46,697 bases of DNA. Source: a virus (Duplodnaviria > Heunggongvirae > Uroviricota > Caudoviricetes). The translations under genes were made by a program, and so were the position numbers. The DNA lies in IMG/VR virus record IMGVR_UViG_2534681933_000025, one strand, 5' to 3'. Shown piece after piece: positions 9,810 to 17,520 of the stretch; within the stretch, counting starts at the first letter, position 1; the number at the start of each line of letters is the position of its first letter. The notes beneath the pieces are model-generated. The model saw only the letters and a list, made by a program, of their open reading frames with translations, was not told where the DNA came from and did not search any database.

Positions 9810-10580
9810 ATGGAAACCGTATTGCATGCACTGAAAGCGATGGGTAAAGCCAATTCTGTTGAACTGGCGGCGCGGCTTGATATCAGCCGTGAAGAAGTTC
9901 TCAACGAACTGTGGGAACTCAAAAAAAATGGCGTTGTTGATAAAACGGGTCACACCTGGTTTCTGGCTGGCGAAGGTGAATCCCGGGTAACCGAAGAGCG
10001 GCCAGTAAAATCTGAAGCACAGGATATGCTGACCGGGGAGGTCGAACAAAAAGTTACCGCAGACATGATGATTGAGTTTATCGGTCAGGATGGTGCTAAA
10101 ACGTGTGAGGAACTGGCGGGTAAGTTCGGCGTCAGTACTCGCAAGGTTGCCTCCACGCTGGCGGTGGTAACCGCAACGGGGCGGCTGGCACGCGTTAATC
10201 AGAACGGTAAATTTCGTTACTGCATACCGGGCGCTGATTTACCGGCAGAGCCGGAAGCTGCATCGGTAACGGAAACCGATAGTAAAGCCTTTCCTCAGCC
10301 AACAGGTGTTGCGTTACCAGTCCGGGAAGCGGAAACACAGGAAGAAATAAAAACTGAAAGTGTGGCGGTCACAGTGCAGTCACAGCCGTCGTTCACCAGA
10401 AAGCATCCGGATGGTCTGATTTTACCATCGCTGCATGTGGCTAACCGCGAGCTGCGCCGGGCAAAAGGTCAGGTTCAGAAGTGGGAGCGTGTCTGCGCCG
10501 CGCTGCGGGAGCTGAACAAGCACCGGGATATTGTTCGACAGATTACTGATTCTTCCCGCCGTGTTGTATCGGAAAAGTGA
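9810..10580 (+). CDS. Hypothetical protein, two winged-helix-like regions
   Basis: 256 aa; N-terminal ...ELAARLDISREEVLNELWELKKNG... and a second similar segment; function unknown. Confidence 0.45.
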   Translation: METVLHALKAMGKANSVELAARLDISREEVLNELWELKKNGVVDKTGHTWFLAGEGESRVTEERPVKSEAQDMLTGEVEQKVTADMMIEFIGQDGAKTCEELAGKFGVSTRKVASTLAVVTATGRLARVNQNGKFRYCIPGADLPAEPEAASVTETDSKAFPQPTGVALPVREAETQEEIKTESVAVTVQSQPSFTRKHPDGLILPSLHVANRELRRAKGQVQKWERVCAALRELNKHRDIVRQITDSSRRVVSEK

Positions 10581-10595
10581 TTGCCGGAGGCGCTT

Positions 10596-10988
10596 ATGGC
10601 AAAAGTATTTACACCAGAAGAGCGGGAAGAAGTGACGGCGCGCATTGTGGAATTCGTGCGCCTGAGCGGACGAGAAACTTTTCGACAACTGGCAGATAAA
10701 ACGGGTGTCAGTAAGACCGCTATTCGTCGTTTATCTGGTGCGCTTGCGGCCAGTGGTGATGTCTGGCTCTCTGGTTGCGGGGTATTTCCATCAGAGCAGG
10801 CGTATCGCGTATGGCGTAAGACACCGGAGAAGGCTGCTGACCCGACACTGATTCGAAAGTTACCTGACGGAGAAATACGTCGTTACAACAGACGGCAGAA
10901 CATAATTTGTCGTGAGTGCCGCCAGAGCGAAGTTATGCAGCGTGTGCTGGCGTTCTATCGGGGAAACTTTCAGGAGGTGATGGAGTGA
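10596..10988 (+). CDS. Hypothetical protein
   Basis: ATG with GGAGG SD 5 nt upstream (MAKVFTPEER...); ORF track start 10581 is TTG. Confidence 0.45.
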   Translation: MAKVFTPEEREEVTARIVEFVRLSGRETFRQLADKTGVSKTAIRRLSGALAASGDVWLSGCGVFPSEQAYRVWRKTPEKAADPTLIRKLPDGEIRRYNRRQNIICRECRQSEVMQRVLAFYRGNFQEVME

Positions 10989-11281
10989 GGGTGAGAGTTT
11001 ATATTGCCGGTCCAATGACGGGATATGAAAATTTCAACCGTGAGGCGTTTCACAAGGCGGAAGAGGAACTGAAACGGGAAGGGCATACCGTCTTAAACCC
11101 GGCAGTACTTCCGGACGGGCTGACACAGCCGCACTACATGGATATTTGCATGGCAATGATTCGTTGCGTGGATGCGATTTACATGCTGAATGGCTGGCAG
11201 CGGTCAGCGGGCGCTAAGGCAGAGCTGGCACTGGCGGAGAAACTGGGACATGCGGTGATTTATCAGGAGGTGGCTCAATGA
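10985..11281 (+). CDS. DUF4406-like (nucleoside 2-deoxyribosyltransferase-like) protein
   Basis: GTG start overlapping upstream stop (GTGA) with AGGAGG SD at -7; VYIAGPMTG motif typical of this fold. Confidence 0.55.
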   Translation: MRVRVYIAGPMTGYENFNREAFHKAEEELKREGHTVLNPAVLPDGLTQPHYMDICMAMIRCVDAIYMLNGWQRSAGAKAELALAEKLGHAVIYQEVAQ

Positions 11282-11886
11282 GAGAGGTTAACTATGAGGC
11301 GCTTCGTGAAGCAGCAGAGAAAGCAACTAAAGGATGCTACATCGTAGGGCATACATCGGGCAATCAGCATGGGAATATAACAGGAGTTTTTGTTTGTCAA
11401 AAATGGAAAGGAGAACCCGGTGGCGTAATTGCAGAATGTCACGTTAACTGCCTGGTTGAAACAGATGCTCAGGCTTATGCAAACGCAGAATTCATAGCAG
11501 AGGCTAGCCCGGCTACCGTGCTGGCACTACTGGATGAACGGGAAGCCCAAAGCAAACGCATTGCAGAGCTGGAGACTAATCTTGCTGCGCTTACGGCGGA
11601 GAATGCGGGGCTGAATAAATTTATCGTACAGAGTTGCTACGTTTTTGATGGTGAGCAGGATGAAATATCTGATGCGTATATCTGCGCAACAGACGGAGGT
11701 ATGCCGCCAACCCCGGCTACAGATGCTTTCCTGGCTGATGTACGGGCGGTGGCGTTTGACGAACTTCGCGCGGCGTTTGTCAGGCACGCAAAAGTTGCAG
11801 GACTGGATGATGCCGATACCGTAACGCTTAAGGAAGTGACAGAAGCATTGTTGCATTGTGCGGAACAGATTCGCGCGCCTGAATAA
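11278..11886 (+). CDS. Ead/Ea22-like protein
   Basis: 202 aa; N-terminal ...YEALREAAEKATKG... resembles Ea22-like nin-region proteins; ATGA overlap with upstream gene. Confidence 0.55.
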   Translation: MREVNYEALREAAEKATKGCYIVGHTSGNQHGNITGVFVCQKWKGEPGGVIAECHVNCLVETDAQAYANAEFIAEASPATVLALLDEREAQSKRIAELETNLAALTAENAGLNKFIVQSCYVFDGEQDEISDAYICATDGGMPPTPATDAFLADVRAVAFDELRAAFVRHAKVAGLDDADTVTLKEVTEALLHCAEQIRAPE

Positions 11887-11983
11887 TTAAATTTAGTGTT
11901 GTAAATAAAATTTAATCCTTAACCGGAGGGATTTCTGCACCCTCAGAACATCAGGAGGCCGCCTGAAAGGGCGGTAATGAAAA

Positions 11984-12460
11984 ATGACTGAATTAACAAA
12001 AGAGCAATTAATCGAAGAAGCTAAATTAAAAATAGCGATTGCGAAATGCCATCCCAATTCAGGGGTGGCACGAGTAGAGGGTGAGTTATTCAAAATTGCA
12101 CTGGCATCGCTGGAAGCAGAACCGGTGGCATGGACTGATGACGGTCGTGACCAGTTCGAATCGCTTATCAGGTTTCACGCGGATGATAAAAACCATGAAG
12201 CATTATTGCTTCGTGCCAACGGAGGGATGAATTACCAGGATCCGAATGTTGATTTGGCATGGATATTCTGGAAGTCCAGTCGTGAGCACATGCTTCAGGG
12301 CAAAGGCGAACCTGGTAAACAAGTATGTGAATTAACAATGTTGGTTAAGCGATTAGCCAGTTCGTTAAAAAGCGTCAATAAATCAAGCAAGTTGCCTGAT
12401 ACTGCGATGGAATATCTGAAGCAGAACGGATTTGTAGGTGTGGAGGATATTTTACGATGA
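11984..12460 (+). CDS. Hypothetical protein
   Basis: 158 aa ORF, no recognisable motif. Confidence 0.45.
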   Translation: MTELTKEQLIEEAKLKIAIAKCHPNSGVARVEGELFKIALASLEAEPVAWTDDGRDQFESLIRFHADDKNHEALLLRANGGMNYQDPNVDLAWIFWKSSREHMLQGKGEPGKQVCELTMLVKRLASSLKSVNKSSKLPDTAMEYLKQNGFVGVEDILR

Positions 12461-12751
12461 CCTAGCCTGGGGCATTCACAACGGTAGGGATTGCAATGGC
12501 GGTGGCGTTGATTGTGTATTCGATTTGTCGCTGGGGATAAAAACGATTTGCGGGGAAAGGATAGTTAAGTAGAATTGCTGCGGGTGCTTGAGGCTATCTG
12601 TCTCAGGCATGAACACCAAAAGGCAGATAGAGAAAAGCCCCAGTTAACATTACGCGTCCGGCAAGACGCTTAACATTAATCTGAGGCCATATCTATGACT
12701 TGCACATGTAGGTTAGCCTCTTACGTGCCGAAAGGCAAGGAGAAGCAGGCT

Positions 12752-12907
12752 ATGAAGCAGCAAAAGGCGATGTTAATCGCCCTGATCGTCATCTGTTTAA
12801 CCGTCATAGTGACGGCACTGGTAACGAGGAAAGACCTCTGCGAGGTACGAATCCGAACCGGCCAGACGGAGGTCGCTGTCTTCACAGCTTACGAACCTGA
12901 GGAGTAA
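12752..12907 (+). CDS. hokD: Hok/Gef-family type I toxin (HokD/RelF-like)
   Basis: 51 aa MKQQKAMLIALIVICLTVIVTALVTRKDLCEVRIRTGQTEVAVFTAYEPEE: single TM helix plus conserved Cys and C-terminal AYEP motif of Hok family; AGGAG SD. Confidence 0.8.
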   Translation: MKQQKAMLIALIVICLTVIVTALVTRKDLCEVRIRTGQTEVAVFTAYEPEE

Positions 12908-12977
12908 GAGACCAGGCGGGGGAGAAATCCCTCGCCACCTCTGATGTGTCAGGCATCCTCAACGCACCCGCACTTAA

Positions 12978-13005
12978 CCCGCTTCGGCGGGTTTTGTTCT
13001 TTTTG
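12978..13005 (+). terminator. Intrinsic terminator after hok (CCCGCTTCGGCGGG + T-tract)
   Basis: GC hairpin with TTCG loop followed by TTTTGTTCTTTTT. Confidence 0.7.
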
Positions 13006-13047
13006 TGAAAAAAATTCCCTTAAAGGAGATTTTTTTAACTAAAAAGG

Positions 13048-13076
13048 TTTACTTTGCTTTCGTATATGGTAAATTT
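13048..13076 (+). promoter_or_regulatory. Candidate sigma70 promoter for XRE/ImmA unit (TTTACT-16-TAAATT)
   Basis: AT-rich region upstream of 13152 ATG with near-consensus hexamers. Confidence 0.4.
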
Positions 13077-13151
13077 TAGGAATTAGAATTTAAGCGCCCA
13101 TCAGGCTTGCGTTAGGCAAGTCTGCTAAATCAACAAATTGAGGATAAAATC

Positions 13152-13511
13152 ATGGCACTCACTGAATTCGGTAAGGCCGTTAGAAAAGCGAGGATCGATA
13201 CTGACAGTACTCTTCTGACTATGTCTCAAGAACTGGGCACTACGCCAGCGTTTCTTAGCGGTTTAGAAACTGGTAGCAAAAAAATACCTCTGAAGTGGGT
13301 TAAGAAGATTGATTCTTACTTCAAGGCCAAAGGTGTAGAAATTGAAGGGTTACAGGAGTTAGCGGCAGTTGCGAATGACTCAGTTCCAGTAAACGGTTTG
13401 TCTCAGCAACAGAAAATGCTTGTAGCGGGATTCGCTAAGTCGCAGTTTACGCCGGAACAGCTAAAGAGTTTTGCAGATTTATTGCAAAAGATTAATAACA
13501 ATGAGGGGTAA
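13152..13511 (+). CDS. XRE-family HTH transcriptional regulator
   Basis: 119 aa; HTH_XRE pattern ...TLLTMSQELGTTPAFLSGLETGSKKIP...; GAGGA SD. Confidence 0.75.
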   Translation: MALTEFGKAVRKARIDTDSTLLTMSQELGTTPAFLSGLETGSKKIPLKWVKKIDSYFKAKGVEIEGLQELAAVANDSVPVNGLSQQQKMLVAGFAKSQFTPEQLKSFADLLQKINNNEG

Positions 13512-13513
13512 TT

Positions 13514-13990
13514 ATGTATCAAATGAGAGGTAACAGGGTGTCACCGATGCAAGAAGAAGAAATAGCCTACAGAGCTATAAACTTCTGTAATGCTATTGGT
13601 CTTACAGCCTCAAAGCGCAAAAGAAAGCGTTATGATATGTTCTTTGAAAGCCTGTCAATTTATGGGGTTACTCTTGACGTCAGGACCGACAAAGAGTGGG
13701 AGGCTCTGACGTATGATCTAACTATCGGACATTGTGACCCCGCTTCTCTAACAATTACGGTTCCCAATAAAATATATGTGAATGCTTGCCTTGGGGAAGA
13801 GCATGCGCTTGCTGTTATCTTCCACGAGCTAGGTCATTTGCTTCTTGGACACAAAGCAGTTTTACACTTTTCAGTTAAAGAACCTACTCGTATTGAGGAT
13901 GCAGAATGGCAGGCAGATACATTTGCGGATATCGTACTGGAAACAATTGGCGTGAGAACACAACAGATGTCGTTCGATTTTTATATGTAA
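13514..13990 (+). CDS. ImmA/IrrE-family (COG2856-like) metallopeptidase
   Basis: 158 aa; HExxH motif (FHELGHLLLGH); start 2 nt after XRE stop, i.e. translationally coupled pair. Confidence 0.7.
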   Translation: MYQMRGNRVSPMQEEEIAYRAINFCNAIGLTASKRKRKRYDMFFESLSIYGVTLDVRTDKEWEALTYDLTIGHCDPASLTITVPNKIYVNACLGEEHALAVIFHELGHLLLGHKAVLHFSVKEPTRIEDAEWQADTFADIVLETIGVRTQQMSFDFYM

Positions 13991-13991
13991 A

Positions 13992-14014
13992 AGCCCTGCG
14001 CTAACAGGGCTTTT
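13992..14014 (+). terminator. Intrinsic terminator after ImmA gene
   Basis: AGCCCTG-loop-CAGGGC followed by TTTT. Confidence 0.6.
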
Positions 14015-14118
14015 AGGGACGGAAAGTGCGCTAACACATTCCGTAGTGTATGGAGATAATCCAATCACAACACTTTTTGTAGACAAGCGAAGTGTAGTGG
14101 TTCTCCCAACAAAGTGCA

Positions 14119-14138
14119 ACCTGTGTGGATTCACAGGT
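14119..14138. promoter_or_regulatory. Palindrome ACCTGTG-N6-CACAGGT upstream of Cys-rich ORF (candidate operator)
   Basis: 7-bp perfect inverted arms; lies 20 nt upstream of the 14158 ATG. Confidence 0.4.
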
Positions 14139-14157
14139 GAGCAGGGAAAACGAAATC

Positions 14158-14307
14158 ATGGCAATGGGTACCTGTCGCAAATGTGGCTGTCCATGTGAGA
14201 TCATTTTTCGCTACTCTGTGTGTGTAGATGGTGTAATGCGCCACGCGAAAAAAGGGAAGCCTTTCCCGATCCCACTTTGCAGTTGTAGTGGCAAGCACGC
14301 AGCTTGA
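14158..14307 (+). CDS. Small Cys-rich protein (possible zinc-binding), hypothetical
   Basis: 49 aa MAMGTCRKCGCPCEIIFRYSVCVDGVMRHAKKGKPFPIPLCSCSGKHAA with CxxCxC...C...CxC; start uncertain. Confidence 0.4.
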   Translation: MAMGTCRKCGCPCEIIFRYSVCVDGVMRHAKKGKPFPIPLCSCSGKHAA

Positions 14308-14325
14308 TGTTCAGTACTGACAAAA

Positions 14326-14350
14326 CCCGCTTCGGCGGGTTTTGTTTTTT
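14326..14350 (+). terminator. Intrinsic terminator, sequence-identical core to the one at 12978
   Basis: CCCGCTTCGGCGGG + TTTTGTTTTTT. Confidence 0.7.
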
Positions 14351-14422
14351 CCTGGCATTCTGGTTTACAATTCGCACGTCAGCCTGAACAACTGGCACCT
14401 GCTGCGCCAGCAGAGAAAGACG

Positions 14423-14701
14423 ATGGCGCACAATACCAAATCACACAATTCTGATAATTCAGCTGTCTTTGCCAGCAGGCACGGGCGGCGTTCCCGCACA
14501 TTCAAATCTGATTGGTACCAGCATCCCCCATGTACTGAAGAACAAGCTGAATGGCTAATTCAGTGCTACCGCAGACACGGATACGGGATTAAGAAAGCCC
14601 TCAGCCTCGATTATCGTCACTGGATAATCTCCGTCAGGCTTCCTTACTCTGAACGCCCACCGCGTCCGTCCCGCACATTCCAGCAACGCATCTGGAGGTA
14701 A
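14423..14701 (+). CDS. Hypothetical protein
   Basis: 92 aa from internal ATG (MAHNTKSHN...); the upstream part of the track ORF lies inside the terminator. Confidence 0.4.
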   Translation: MAHNTKSHNSDNSAVFASRHGRRSRTFKSDWYQHPPCTEEQAEWLIQCYRRHGYGIKKALSLDYRHWIISVRLPYSERPPRPSRTFQQRIWR

Positions 14702-14702
14702 C

Positions 14703-15752
14703 GTGCGGGTATTACTTCGACCTGTTCTGGTACCGGAACTCGGGCTGGTGGTCCTTAAGCCCGGTCGTGAATCATTGCCAGTTTTTCATCGCGGCAGGGT
14801 GCTGGTGGAGCCTGAACCGAAAAGCATGCGCGGTCTGCCGTCCGGAGTCGTCCCTGCCGTTCGCCAGCCGCTGGCGGAGGATAAATCATTACTGCCATTT
14901 TTCAGCGATGAGCGGGTGATTCATGCTGCGGGTGGCGCTGGTGCACTGTCTGACTGGTTATTACGTCACGTGAAATCCTGCCAGTGGCTACACGGTGATT
15001 ATCATCACAGCGAAACCGTCATTCACCGTTACGGTACCGGCGCGATGGTGTTGTGCTGGCACTGCGACAACCAGCTGCGGGAGCAGACATCTGATTCACT
15101 GGATCAACTTGCTCAACAGAATCTGGCCGCCTGGATGATTGACATCATCCGTCACGCAATGAATGGCGCACAGGAGCGTGAATTATCTCTGGCTGAATTA
15201 TCCTGGTGGGCGGTCCGCAATCAGGTGGCGGACGCGCTACCGGAAGCGGTATTACGTCGTTCGCTGGGGTTGCGTGCGGAAAAAATCCGCTCCGTATACC
15301 GTGAAAGCGACATCGTACCGGGAGAGCAGACCGCCACCAGCATACTGAAGCAGCGCACAAAAAATCTTGCGCCGTTGCCTCATGCCCACCAGCAACAGAA
15401 CCCACCACAGGAAAAGACGGTGGTATGCATCACCGTTGATCCGGAGTCTCCGGAATCTTTCATGAGGCGACCTAAACGTCGCCGTTGGGTAAATGAGAAA
15501 TATACGCGCTGGGTGAAGACACAGCCGTGTGCGTGTTGTGGTCAGCCAGCCGACGATCCCCATCACCTGATTGGTCACGGTCAGGGAGGGATGGGAACAA
15601 AGGCCCACGATATTTTCACGCTACCGTTGTGCCGGGAACATCACAACGAACTTCATGCGGATCCGCTGGCGTTCGAAGAAAAGCATGGTTCCCAGGTTGA
15701 TTTAATTTTTCGTTTTCTTGATCACGCCTTTGCAACCGGCGTGCTCGGGTAA
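14703..15752 (+). CDS. DUF968-family protein (YdfU-like), HNH-like Cys/His C-terminus
   Basis: 349 aa; GTG start with GGAGG SD; C-terminal CACCGQPADDPHHL...CREHHNELH; position before rusA/Q as in Qin-type prophages. Confidence 0.65.
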   Translation: MRVLLRPVLVPELGLVVLKPGRESLPVFHRGRVLVEPEPKSMRGLPSGVVPAVRQPLAEDKSLLPFFSDERVIHAAGGAGALSDWLLRHVKSCQWLHGDYHHSETVIHRYGTGAMVLCWHCDNQLREQTSDSLDQLAQQNLAAWMIDIIRHAMNGAQERELSLAELSWWAVRNQVADALPEAVLRRSLGLRAEKIRSVYRESDIVPGEQTATSILKQRTKNLAPLPHAHQQQNPPQEKTVVCITVDPESPESFMRRPKRRRWVNEKYTRWVKTQPCACCGQPADDPHHLIGHGQGGMGTKAHDIFTLPLCREHHNELHADPLAFEEKHGSQVDLIFRFLDHAFATGVLG

Positions 15753-15764
15753 AAGAGGTTACTG

Positions 15765-16124
15765 ATGCGTATAGAGTTTGTTTTGCCTTATCCGCCGACG
15801 GTGAATACTTACTGGCGACGTCGTGGCAACACATATTTTGTATCAAAAGTCGGTGAGCGTTATCGCCGTGATGTGGCACTAATTGTTCGCCAGCAGCGGT
15901 TGAAATTAAACCTGTCCGGACGGCTGGCGATAAAGATTATTGCAGAGCCACCAGATAAACGTCGTCGTGACCTGGACAATATCCTGAAAGCACCACTGGA
16001 TGCGCTGACGCATGCCGGACTTCTCATAGACGACGAGCAGTTTGATGAAATCAATATTGTGCGCGGTCAGCTCGTTTCTGGTGGGCGGCTGGGGATAAAA
16101 ATCACAGAACTGGAGTGCGCATGA
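15765..16124 (+). CDS. rusA: RusA Holliday junction resolvase
   Basis: 119 aa; characteristic RusA residues (…RRDLDNILKAPLDALTHAGLLIDDEQ…); classic nin-region position. Confidence 0.85.
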   Translation: MRIEFVLPYPPTVNTYWRRRGNTYFVSKVGERYRRDVALIVRQQRLKLNLSGRLAIKIIAEPPDKRRRDLDNILKAPLDALTHAGLLIDDEQFDEINIVRGQLVSGGRLGIKITELECA

Positions 16125-16789
16125 ATAACCAGTATTTACAGTTTGTGCGTGAGCAGCTCATTATCGCCACCGCTGATTTGAGTGAGGCAACAAAAGGTCA
16201 GCTTGAAGCCTGGCAGGAGAATGCCATGTTCGATACAGGGCGTTACAGGAGAAAAAAAATCCGGTACAGAGATGAGGTGACCGGAAAAATGATAACGCGG
16301 GATAATCCACCAATCCCGGGAAAGCAATCGCTGGCGAAGGTGACATCAATTCCTCTGGTCAGTCCGGTTGAGTTTTCGACATCATCGTGGCGGCGGGCTG
16401 TTCTGTCTCTTGAAGAACATCATAAAGCCTGGTTGTTGTGGTGTTACAGCGAGAGCATTTGTTGGGAATATCAGATCGCGATAACACAGTGGGCGTGGAA
16501 TGAATTTAATACTCAATCTGGTACCAGAAAAATTGCAGGGAAAACGCAGGAACGCCTGAAAAAATTAATCTGGCTGGCGGCGCAGGCAGTAAAAGCAGAA
16601 CTTTTTGGTGGGGAAGGTTATGAATACCAGGAGCTGGCATTACTGGCGGGAGTGACAACCAAAAACTGGTCCAAAACATTTACTGGCCACTGGGTTGCAA
16701 TGAAACACATTTTTCACCGGCTGGATAATGAGGCTTTATTGTTCGTGACGATAACACGTTTAAAACAAAAGGCGGCATTTTCACAGTAA
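16121..16789 (+). CDS. Late-gene antiterminator Q-like protein
   Basis: Position between rusA and late promoter/terminator; ATGA overlap with rusA; family assignment by synteny only. Confidence 0.5.
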   Translation: MNNQYLQFVREQLIIATADLSEATKGQLEAWQENAMFDTGRYRRKKIRYRDEVTGKMITRDNPPIPGKQSLAKVTSIPLVSPVEFSTSSWRRAVLSLEEHHKAWLLWCYSESICWEYQIAITQWAWNEFNTQSGTRKIAGKTQERLKKLIWLAAQAVKAELFGGEGYEYQELALLAGVTTKNWSKTFTGHWVAMKHIFHRLDNEALLFVTITRLKQKAAFSQ

Positions 16790-16793
16790 AGTA

Positions 16794-16822
16794 TTGCAAA
16801 AGTAGATTAAAAGGCATATATT
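16794..16822 (+). promoter_or_regulatory. Late promoter (PR-prime-like) TTGCAA-17-TATATT
   Basis: Near-consensus hexamers immediately downstream of Q stop and upstream of terminator. Confidence 0.55.
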
Positions 16823-16874
16823 TCATGCAAATCTGATATTTTGCCGATTTTGTACGTGATGGCAAAGTAGAAAA

Positions 16875-16897
16875 ACCCGCCGCTGAGCGGGTTTTTC
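16875..16897 (+). terminator. tR-prime-like intrinsic terminator
   Basis: ACCCGC-CGCTGA-GCGGGT hairpin followed by TTTTTCTGTT, about 50 nt downstream of the late promoter. Confidence 0.65.
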
Positions 16898-17050
16898 TGT
16901 TCCCGGAATTCTGTGGCTATCCAGAAAGCTCATGGAAAGAGGAGAAAGGCAATAATTTATAACAAAATCTTAAAGATCGCCTTGTATACTATTAGTTTTG
17001 TAAATATTGTGTATTTTGAGTATTGCAGGATAACCCTGTGACGAAGTTAG

Positions 17051-17230
17051 TGTAACAACACTTTTGCTCTACGAGTTTCGCCAGCCTCCCCCAGTGGCTG
17101 GCTTTTTTATGTCCGTAGCGTCAAAGCAGCAATGGCGCTGGGGCGTCGTGCAATTGGCGTTGAGCTGGAGAGCGGGCGTTTTGAGCAGACGGTCAGGGAA
17201 GTTCAGAATGTAGTCAGTCAGAACGGATGA
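17051..17230 (+). pseudogene. Possible 3-prime remnant of a DNA methyltransferase gene
   Basis: Open frame without plausible start, ending ...KAAMALGRRAIGVELESGRFEQTVREVQNVVSQNG*, resembling the C-terminal LGRxxIGxE motif region of N6/N4 DNA methyltransferases. Confidence 0.3.
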
Positions 17231-17270
17231 TATTGCAGAATTAGTTACGTACCGTTATTATCCTGCGCCC

Positions 17271-17346
17271 GGCCCTTTAGCTCAGTGGTGAGAGCGAGCG
17301 ACTCATAATCGCCAGGTCGCTGGTTCAAATCCAGCAAGGGCCACCA
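17271..17346 (+). tRNA. tRNA, anticodon CAU (Met or lysidine-modified Ile2)
   Basis: Cloverleaf folds by hand: acceptor GGCCCTT/AAGGGCC, D-stem GCTC/GAGC, anticodon loop CTCATAA, T-arm GCTGG-TTCAAAT-CCAGC, 3-prime CCA. Confidence 0.85.
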
Positions 17347-17353
17347 TCACATA

Positions 17354-17430
17354 CCGCCATTAGCTCATCGGGATAGAGCGTCAGCCTTCGAAGCTGGCTG
17401 TGCGGGGTTCAAGTCCCCGATGGCGGTCCA
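17354..17430 (+). tRNA. tRNA-Arg, anticodon UCG
   Basis: Acceptor CCGCCAT/ATGGCGG, anticodon stem TCAGC/GCTGG with loop CTTCGAA, T-arm CGGGG-TTCAAGT-CCCCG, CCA end. Confidence 0.8.
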
Positions 17431-17443
17431 TTATCAGCATCAT

Positions 17444-17520
17444 GCGTTGTTAGCTCAGTCGGACAGAGCAATTGCCTTCTAAGCAATCGGTCACTGGTTC
17501 GAATCCAGTACAACGCGCCA
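17444..17520 (+). tRNA. tRNA-Arg, anticodon UCU
   Basis: Acceptor GCGTTGT/ACAACGC, anticodon stem ATTGC/GCAAT with loop CTTCTAA, T-arm ACTGG-TTCGAAT-CCAGT, CCA end. Confidence 0.85.
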
